Source: Mayamaea pseudoterrestris (taxonomy: Eukaryota). Taken from it: DNA of 64,000 bases. The translations under genes and the position numbers were made by a program. A model generated the notes under the pieces. It saw only the letters and a program-made list of their open reading frames with translations, did no database searches and was not told where the DNA came from. Each line of letters begins with the position of its first letter. The stretch's first letter is position 1. Positions 24,001 through 32,610 of this stretch are shown here, piece after piece. The stretch lies in NCBI GenBank assembly GCA_027923505.1, contig BROI01000014.1, forward strand, positions 124,001 through 188,000. Reading direction: 5' to 3'.

Positions 24001-24526
24001 CACTTTTCAGAGTGACTGAGTGGATGCAACGTCAGCAGAAAACCTGTGTACGTTGCTGTGTGGGTACTGTCAATGTTTTGGTGCACTTTTCAGAGTGACT
24101 GAGTGGATGCAACGTCAGCAGAAAACCTGTGTACGTTGCTGTGTGGGTACTGTCAATGTTTTTGTGCACTTTTCAGAGTGACTATGTGGATGCAACGTCA
24201 GCAGAAAACCTGTGTGTACGTTGCTGTGTGGGTAATGTCAATGTTTTGGTGCACTTTTCAGAGTGACTGTGTGGATGCAACGTCAGCAGAAAACCTGTGT
24301 GTACGTTGCTGTGTGGGTAATGTCAATGTTTTGGTGCACTTTTCAGAGTGACTGTGCGGATGCAACGTCAGCAGAAAACCTGTGTGTACGTTGCTGTGTG
24401 GGTAATGTCAATGTTTTGGTGCACTTTTCAGAGTGACTGTGCGGATGCAACGTCAGCAGAAAACCTGTGTGTACGTTGCTGTGTGGGTAATGTCAATGTT
24501 TTGGTGCACTTTTCAGAGTGACTGAG
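24001..24526. repeat. Tandem array of 83/85-bp units (6 full + partial)
   Basis: Units start CACTTTTCAGAGTGACT at 24001, 24084, 24167, 24252, 24337, 24422 and 24507. Each full unit carries the inverted repeat GCAACGT...ACGTTGC. Confidence 0.97.
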
Positions 24527-24903
24527 CATGAAATCGTTTGTCCAGCTCCAATTGCCCATTGGCGCGAAGCAAATGCTTTTCATGAACGTAGGTAGGCTTT
24601 ACCTCATACCGGGTTACTATGAGTCATTCAGAGAATAATAACGAAGAGTAATGGTATCTAATCACGTGTCACTTAGGAAGGGTTAAGTAGATGCCACGTG
24701 AGGGTCTGAGGGTCCGCACCGCGATGTATCGTGGTGAACTTCACCCCGCGACCCTCGAAATGCTCGCCTGGCTCGGGAGTGCATTGGCTCGCTCAGCAAT
24801 AGGCTCCCAATGCGCCACGAAACAGCATGTACTCCTCACATTTCGCCGATGAAAGAATGTGTCGATGGCGGCTCCTTGACTTTCAATTGCCATTAACAAA
24901 ACA

Positions 24904-26925
24904 ATGGCTTCAATCGGCGGATGGTGCGTTCTGCACCCTGATCTGCAGAGCAAGCTTGACAATGAGCTTGTTCTTTCTGCGGCACATAATGGATTCACTC
25001 TGTCGCCTCCTCCATTTCGCTTCCGCTGTAATGTATGGCACTACACCAACGGACCAGTCTTGGCCGAGAAGACTCAGATCACTTCTTACCTCTCTTACTA
25101 TTCGATGCTTTGGCGGTTTCTCGCAATGATTGGAGACTGGGAATCAATGCTTGTTCTCCTTCTGCCTAGGCCTATTGGTCTTGGCAAGGTTCCTTCCATG
25201 AAGGTTGAGTCGCTGGTGCTGTTTCTGCGTTGGAAGAAACTCGACACGAACACATTTTTGCGTGACGACGATGAGATGCTTCTCCGTGACGCTAACTTCA
25301 ACGAACCAATTCGTTGCAATGGTGGATGGAAGAGTAACCATAGCATGAAGGCCTTCGCCTCAGCCATTGTATGGCTCCATATGTCCATTGGATACGAGGC
25401 GCAGGATTCTTTCAAGGAAAAGTGTGTTGATTGTTTGAATCTTTTCCGCGTCGACCAAAATAGCCATGGATGTAACGAACACTTTGGCAACCGTCAGATC
25501 AAACGTATTGGACAGCCGACACATTGTTTCAAATTTGCCAACGGAAAAAAACAGTTGCTCGACAAGGACTACGAGGTACACGGATCCTGTGCCATTGCAC
25601 CATGGCAGCTTCGCAAACTTGGCGCGTTGCTTGTCTACGAAGGACTTGTTGGTTTGAGCGTTTGGGTTGCCGTTCTGATTGCAATCAACTTGTATTTGAG
25701 AGCAGACGACGAGTTGCTGACGATATCAATGGAGAGTTTTGAGGCGTCGTCCTTCCACGTCGAAGCAAACGGACGAATCAACGGTGTCTGCCTCAAGATA
25801 CGCGGAAAGACCGACTCGCGTGGACAGTACTTTCATCTTTGGGCGGACCATGAGTATCCGGACATCTGCCCAGTCCGCCATCTGCTGCTGTTGGTGCATT
25901 TGCTTGGCGTTAAGAAAGGTTGGTTGTTTCAGTCGCTCCGGTCGCTCGGGGCAAACACGAGGCGCGACGACGGAGACTACAGAGGCACTAAACGACTCGA
26001 CTACGGAACAATATTCAAGTATTTAAAAGAGCGCTTTATTGAATTATTCGGTCCTGAGACAGGCAAGGGATTCGGTATGCACTCGTTCCGCAAAGGTGCT
26101 TACTTGAAAGCGGCGTTTCAAAAGGCGGACTTGCGAATTTGCCAATACGACGCTCGCCACATGCGCCATGAAGAAGCCGTCTTGTATTTGGGGAACGCCA
26201 ATACACTTGTTTCATCCAATGAAATCAATCCAAGCCCAGGAAACGAGCTTGCCAAGGCATACAGAGGCGTTCGCAATGGTGGCGCGCAACCAAGTCCCCA
26301 AGAGCATGCCGGTAAATCACTCGCCCAGCTCGCCGACGAGTTTGTGTTGCAACTAAAAGTGCCGCATGGCGTGGCGCGCAACGTTCGCTCATTGGTAATT
26401 GAGGCGCAGCAGTTTCAGTGGTCGACTGTCGAAGGAGATTGCCTCGAGCAATGGCTAATGACTGTTCCAGTGGAGCTTCGTAATCCTTGCAAAACCATTT
26501 GCTTGCGATACAAAAGGCAGGTCGAATCAATTTATAAGCAGCAGCAGTTGATTGAGGCAGAGAAGGTTGCAGCAGTTACGCCACCGTCGTCGTCGTCGTC
26601 GTCAAGCAAACGCGCAAAGAATGCGACGCCGCCAACAAATTTCTTTGCGGGGCGAGAGACGATTGCTCAGTTGAAGTCACTTCCTCAGAAACTTGACGCC
26701 TTGCTCGAGCTGCATGATAGAGTCGAGGCGATTGGTGGCGTCGAAAGAATTGTTCTTGATGCGAAGGAAAAGAAATATTTTGCTCGAACGTTGGCGCCCG
26801 TCGCGCGTTGTTTCAAAAACCATTGCGGCGAGGATAGAGAGGCGTTCGTCGGTAGATGGGAAAGGACATTTGCAATCAAGTTTAGTGAGTCATGCTGCAA
26901 AGGCGTTGGTGAATGTGGCCGTTGA
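24904..26925 (+). CDS. Tyrosine recombinase / integrase-family protein, 673 aa
   Basis: Catalytic residues in canonical order and spacing: R266 (NLYLRADD), K302 (IRGKTD), H393-x-x-R396 (GMHSFRKG), H419 (DARH), Y428. A CPV motif and WLF follow the Lys strand. Intronless. Confidence 0.85.
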   Translation: MASIGGWCVLHPDLQSKLDNELVLSAAHNGFTLSPPPFRFRCNVWHYTNGPVLAEKTQITSYLSYYSMLWRFLAMIGDWESMLVLLLPRPIGLGKVPSMKVESLVLFLRWKKLDTNTFLRDDDEMLLRDANFNEPIRCNGGWKSNHSMKAFASAIVWLHMSIGYEAQDSFKEKCVDCLNLFRVDQNSHGCNEHFGNRQIKRIGQPTHCFKFANGKKQLLDKDYEVHGSCAIAPWQLRKLGALLVYEGLVGLSVWVAVLIAINLYLRADDELLTISMESFEASSFHVEANGRINGVCLKIRGKTDSRGQYFHLWADHEYPDICPVRHLLLLVHLLGVKKGWLFQSLRSLGANTRRDDGDYRGTKRLDYGTIFKYLKERFIELFGPETGKGFGMHSFRKGAYLKAAFQKADLRICQYDARHMRHEEAVLYLGNANTLVSSNEINPSPGNELAKAYRGVRNGGAQPSPQEHAGKSLAQLADEFVLQLKVPHGVARNVRSLVIEAQQFQWSTVEGDCLEQWLMTVPVELRNPCKTICLRYKRQVESIYKQQQLIEAEKVAAVTPPSSSSSSSKRAKNATPPTNFFAGRETIAQLKSLPQKLDALLELHDRVEAIGGVERIVLDAKEKKYFARTLAPVARCFKNHCGEDREAFVGRWERTFAIKFSESCCKGVGECGR

Positions 26926-27229
26926 TAATGCTAGTAGTTGCCTTTATTTGTTACTTGTCGTCCATGGTTGATCTCGCAAGCGTCCGTCGAGAAACCAGAG
27001 TTGAAGTTGCGGCAGGCGAGTTTCTGTAGAAAAGTAGATCCGTGGTAGAGTTTCTACGGAGGAGCCATCACCGGTCGTCGGAGAAACTCTGGCGAAACAT
27101 CGGCGTTGAGGCCATTGGCCGGCGCGCATGGACCAACTAAGTCCAAAACGTGTTCAGTACCGGGTCGAGGGTCTGCACCATAGTAATGCAGTTACTAAGC
27201 GCTGCGAGACGAAGGCTGTGCAGCCTCAC

Positions 27230-28087
27230 ACAGTGCAGTGCAACCATGAAGCTCCCAAGTTCATTTCCAGTGACGGGCCCTCTGCGGCCACTGGGGTGGA
27301 ATACGGAGGTGATTGTAAGGGCTGCAGTGTCAAGGGGAGTCAAGGCAGTGGTCAGTGGTCCTAGCAAGGCAAGAGCACAAAAGGTGTCAAGGTTCCTGGC
27401 GACAGTGCAGTGCAACCATGAAGCTCCCAAGTTCATTTCCAGTGATGGGCCCTCTGCGGCCACTGGGGTGGAATACGGAGGTGATTGTAAGGGCTGCAGT
27501 GTCAAGGGGAGTCAAGGCAGTGGTCAGTGGTCCTAGCAAGGCAAGAGCACAAAAGTTGGCAAGGTTCCTGGCGACAGTGCAGTGCAGCCATGAAGCTCCC
27601 AAGTTCATTTCCAGTGATGGGCCCTCCGCGGCCACTGGGGTGGAATATGGAGGTGATTGTAAGGGCTGCAGTGTCAAGGGGAGTCAAGGCAGTGGTCAGT
27701 GGTCCTAGCAAGGCAAGAGCACAAAAGGTGCCAAGGTTCCTGGTGACAGTGCAGTGCAACCATGAAGCTCCCAAGTTCATTTCCAGTGACGGGCCCTCTG
27801 CGGCCACTGGGGTGGAATACGGAGGTGATTGTAAGGGCTGCAGTGTCAAGGGGAGTCAAGGCAGTGGTCAGTGGTCCTAGCAAGGCAAGAGCACAAAAGT
27901 TGGCAAGGTTCCTGGCGACAGTGCAGTGCAACCATGAAGCTCCCAAGTTCATTTCCAGTGACGGGCCCTCTGCGGCCACTGGGGTGGAATACGGAGGTGA
28001 TTGTAAGGGCTGCAGTGTCAAGGGGAGTCAAGGCAGTGGTCAGTGGTTCTAGCAAGGCAAGAGCACAAAAGTTGGCAAGGTTTCTGG
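27230..28087. repeat. Tandem array of 172-bp units (5 copies)
   Basis: Units start ACAGTGCAGTGCA at 27230, 27402, 27574, 27746 and 27918, with only a few substitutions between units. Confidence 0.97.
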
Positions 28088-28088
28088 T

Positions 28089-31000
28089 TGTAACTTGTAA
28101 ATCAAATCGTTGCACCTTTCGCTTGTAGCTGTCCTTGGATGGCCAATCCAAGCTTGCAGTTGCTACAATACGAGAGACGAATAAATCGCTTTCTTAACTC
28201 TTCAAGCTTAGTAAGTCTGCTTGTTTCTACTCTATATCGCACTAGTTTCAGCAATATACTTGTTGAATCGCTTCGAAGCCGTCGCTGCCACGCATCACGC
28301 GATCGTGAGGCTGTGGTGAGCCGCGAGTGCCGCTGTGTCACCCTATCGGACATTCGGTGTGACTTGCCCGATTTTCGCTGTTTTCGTTCGCATCCTGCAA
28401 CTCCCCTCAAGTCATACCTAATAGTTAGATTCCTTGAAGAGCAGGTTCTTTAAGTGCTTGCTTGCCGTAGCCCGTGGAAGAAACTTGGTAAGTACATCCG
28501 CCGGGTTTGTCGTTCCCATGATGTGGTTGAAATTAATAATTCCCGCCGCAATCGCTTCGCGTACACGGTGAAATGCCAGTGCATTGTGTCGCTTCGTCAG
28601 ACTAGAGTGCGGTAGGTTGCTGCTTTGCGTTACCGACTTGTTGTCTCCAAACATCCATGAAGGTCCGTCGAGCGGAACTCCCAACATGCGTAGCGTGAAG
28701 CGAAGATCCATGATCTGCTCCGTGCTCACTCTCGCTGCTGCAAACTCCGGGCAACGTCGCCGTCTCGACCGTCGCTTGGCGTTTCGAAAGCCAATCAACG
28801 ACTGTTCCATTCAACATGTGTAGCATGCCCATCGCTGCCCGTCCCGTCGTGTAATCGTGGTACAGGTTCGCATCTTCGAACGTTGACATTCGCCTGCGCC
28901 TTGCCGCGCGGCGTGGGCATGTTCACGGAAGCTCCTTCGCAGATCTTGCCGACACTGTAATCCCAATCCATCTTGTCAACTGTCGCGTATCGCTCGTCCG
29001 TTGGAATCGAAACGTTGAATCGAATCGCTCCATCCGGGTATCGTCGTAAGTATCCGCAAATATGCTTCAACCGTTCCAAGTGCCCCGCTCGTGGCGCAGC
29101 TCGGAATCTCCCCATAGTCATGACAGCGCAGTGAATGTCGAATCGACATAAACTTACTGCCCATTGCAACGCACCAATTATCGATTGATACTTCGCAATT
29201 CCATCGACGTCAAGTTCTTTCGTTTCGTCGAGTTCCGGATGATCGCCGTCGCGTAGTGGACTTGTCTGCGGTCGCGGTTCCTCGCCGAACATTTCTTTGT
29301 AGTTCGCTAGTAGTCGTGTGACGTACTTCTTCGCTCCGAAGCATATTATGCTATCGCCGTCACCCCAAACGTCTGCGACCAAATGATATGCTACTTGACC
29401 GACGCTCTTCAACTTGTAGTTGTAGTTCTCAATTAAAAGATCCGTTAATTCCTTCGGATTCTTCATCGCTATCGCTAAATCATCGACATACACACAAACG
29501 TATTCGTAGTGCGTGCCTTTATCGCGCATCCACACGTCCGGTTCTGCGATACACGGCGTGAAGCCAATGTCGCGGAGCGTGTCGGCAAAGTGTTCGTGCC
29601 AGCGTGCGCCTGACGTGCGAAGACCGTATAATGCCTTCACAATCGTGAGCGTGTGACCCTCGAGCTCCCCGAACTCCGGACCTGCCACAATAAAAACCTT
29701 CTCTTTCGTTTTCGCTTCCAAGTATGCGTTGCCGACGTCAGCTGCCCACAGTTCCAGACCGTTGAGTTCCGCTAACATCGCTACCATTCGTAGACTTCGC
29801 AATGACACAACGCCCGAGTAAACTGGAATCCTTCGGCGGCTCTCATATGTCCTCCTGCAACGAGTCGTGCTTTCCGTCGCAAATCGTCTTGACATCGAAT
29901 ATCATGTGCACGTTTATTCGTTTCCCACGGCGCCGGCATAACGCTTTACCGACTCCTTGATCTGCGAACGTGTCGTAATCATTTATCTGATTTAATTCCG
30001 TTCGAATCGCATCCGTCCACAGCGTGTTGCCGTTGATCTCGTCGAGAGCTTTCGCATCTTTATAATTGCGCGGCAACCTTACGCCGAATATGTAGCGTGC
30101 GCCTGTTTGCTTTCGATTTTCGTTTCGCCGCTGTTACCATCTGTCGAAACTTCTTTCGCTTCCGAGTGTAATGCTCCAGCTGCTTCCATCCTGGCTTGTC
30201 GAGTAAGCCGTGCTTGAGTCCATACTCTGCGATCGTTATCGGATCATCCTTCTTCATGATCGCGAGAGGCTCCACGTCGTCGTTCCGTCAGTCCATTCGA
30301 CGAGAACGTTACTTGAACTTCCTTTGTATGTCGGATCGTTCGGTTTCAAATTAAGCTCGTGTCCGATTACCTTCGTGAATACCCACTGAGTCGCCGGATC
30401 GTTTCGTATATCTTCGTCCATCTGTCGTTCGATTAAATCCGACAGTTCGTTGGTACTTTCGCTGGCTCCTCTCCCATTTGGATTAGGAAACCTTTCGTCG
30501 TTTCGAGTAGCTCGTTATCGCGTACTTCGATATATTCGCATACAGTCGCTCGCATTTTCTGACCGTTTTCGTGTTCCCTACGGACCAGTGTCCGATGAGT
30601 TCGCGCTTGGAGAGAACAGAGGGCATTTATTCCTGATTCTTGCTCAGCCCTTCTGAAGAACTTCGCTGGTACGTTGGCGTGGTTCGCCATCGGAATTGTT
30701 TCGTCGTCGTTTCCTTCGTAGTTGTCGTGACTACTCTGTCACATGCGTGCTATGGTAGCGTCCTGTCGCGAGATCTGAGTTTCAAAATTTCCGCTCGCTT
30801 GCGCGTGTAGCTTCTTCAGAAATCTCCTCCAGACTCAGGGAAGGGAGGCAACTCTCGTGGTAACAAGTAGCTGCGCGAGACCACGTTGAGCGCGGAATCG
30901 CCTGAAGCGTGTCGTCCGTCAGAACGAGAAAAGTCATGTGCGGACCGCTATTCTCTGCGATGCCCACGAATCGGCCGTTGCCCCAGATCGTACCGCCGAG

Positions 31001-31430
31001 GGAAAGCTCCCTGCGCCTCAAACGTGACCGGTTCCCACCGCACTTGAAATGTAACAAAGGCGAAAGATATCCGGCAGATTTCACCGAACGCAACTTCCGT
31101 TGGCGTGCGCCATCCCAGCGATTTCGTCGCGAGGACGTTCAGTATCATGATTACGAATTTAATCAGCAAAACCCAGCAATGGCCTGCAGGAACCCGAATC
31201 TCGTTGGAGGTTCTCCATCATTGGGCTTAATTTGCGACGTGTGACGTTCGCATGGATTTTGTTCTGGATGACCCGGTTCTGTGGTCACTTGAGGAATATT
31301 GGCCAACCGACAGAGGATCCCTCACAGCCTTAGCCAGTCTCCGACTTGGCTTTGTCGCTCGAGCAGTCCGTTAGGAGCGCCCACTTCGCGGATAAAATCC
31401 TCTAACGCGTTGACATTTCGCTCTCCGACT
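28089..31430 (-). mobile_element. Ty1/Copia LTR retrotransposon (diatom CoDi-like), frameshifted and 5'-truncated within integrase
   Basis: Minus-strand fragments in Copia order: integrase C-part (GWRTPTEVAFG; GRFVGIAENSG), EPLAIMKKDDP...LLDKPGW, PRNYKDAKALD, RT (ADVGNAYLEA; KALYGLRTSGARW; YVDD), RNase H (GDNKSV; KRHNALAFHRVREAIAAG; NPADVLTK). A polypurine tract GAGGGGAG at 28408-28401 is followed by a candidate LTR ~28399-28089. Confidence 0.92.
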
Positions 31431-32308
31431 TCCATCTCATCACCTTCCTTGCCCTTCCTTGCCAGCTTGCTGTCATCAATCACTCCTGCTGGCGAAAAAT
31501 CTCTGTCTCCTGCTCATTTTTTGATAATGTACGGCGACGCAAGTATTAGAATGGTTAGCACCGAAATCAGTACAACGGCCACTTGATCACCTAAATTTAA
31601 ATCCGTGACGACTCCCTTTAGTCTTTGAAATTGCTGTTGGGCAACGACGCTGGCGTTGGAGTGTGGGGTAGTACTTGTTGCTGTTGTCGTTGTTGCAGGT
31701 GCATTGCTTGTTGCTGCGTCGCCTGATTTTGGGAGAGCAGCATCTTTTTCGCTATCACCCTTCTCGCTGCCTTTTTGACTGCTGAAATACCCAACCATGT
31801 ACTGATGCAACGATTGTCGTCTTTCCCTGATCGTTTCTGGTGCGCTGGATAAAACCTCATTGCCATGGAAACGACGAACTCAATCTTCCTGCTCGAAACG
31901 CACCACTACGCGCTCTTTCTCCTGTACTTTTGAATAACTATACTAGGGACCCTCGAACCAGCGTAAAGGGATTCTTTGCGACGAAACGCGAGGCCAAGCC
32001 CATGGTGGTCGATGTCGCACTGGTGGTAAACGGACACAATCGTACCGGTTTTGGACGACTGCTCCGAACGCTTGGGAGTGCTTTTACTCGCATCGCGGCC
32101 GCAAACGCGAGGCACCAACATCTTGAAGAAGATACTACTTTTGGGAGAAGAATTCTTGCAAGTTTACACTCACTTTACACGTAGGTCGGCAGTCAACCGT
32201 TTTCGCGCGAGCGAGAGTATCAAAGACATTGGCGATCGGCTGTCAACAACGCAGCAAGTTTGCGAAGACTCCAAAGAGACGGAGCGTGACGCGCGTGATC
32301 TACATTCT
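31431..32308 (-). pseudogene. Diverged partial copy of the 5' part and promoter of the 21100-22939 gene
   Basis: Aligns by eye to ~22351-23368. Encodes YFSSQKGSEKGDSEKDAA...DLNLGDQVAVVLISVLTILILASPYI, with many small deletions on both sides. Confidence 0.85.
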
Positions 32309-32330
32309 CCTTACGGACACAGTCATTATA

Positions 32331-32563
32331 GCTTCTTTCCAGCAACCGAATTGGCTCAATTGTTTTTTACGACATCAAATTTGAAAGATTTCTAACATCA
32401 ATTTTTGATCGCTCTGTAATAGATACAACCGATAAATCACACAAACATTTACCAGTTCCTGGCTTCTTTTTCGGCAACCGAATTGGCTCGATTGTTTCTT
32501 ACAACATTAAAGTTTGAGATCTCCAAGTCTTGTTCGTTTGATAACAGATTCAACCGATAAATC
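32331..32563. repeat. Diverged direct repeat (~105 bp; 32331-32438 vs 32462-32563)
   Basis: GCTTCTTT..GCAACCGAATTGGCTC.ATTGTTT.TTAC.ACAT.AAA.TTTGA...CAACCGATAAATC occurs twice. Confidence 0.8.
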
Positions 32564-32610
32564 TCGGAATTTACATTCGCTCGCTCGTGACAAAGCAAAC
32601 AACTACCACT

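Larger units (their letters stand above)
23369..28087 (+). mobile_element. Putative tyrosine-recombinase DNA element (Crypton-like, unclassified) with internal tandem arrays
   Basis: Intact YR ORF flanked by three tandem arrays. The left edge is inferred from where homology to the copy at 31431-32308 stops (~23368). The right edge is hidden by the Copia sequence. Confidence 0.6.

Noticed and set aside
24001..24526. CRISPR array
   Set aside because: Whole units repeat with no unique spacers, there are no cas genes, and the context is eukaryotic.
27128..28151. Many overlapping ORFs in the 172-bp array
   Set aside because: They are by-products of the repeat; 172 is not a multiple of 3, so frames shift every unit.
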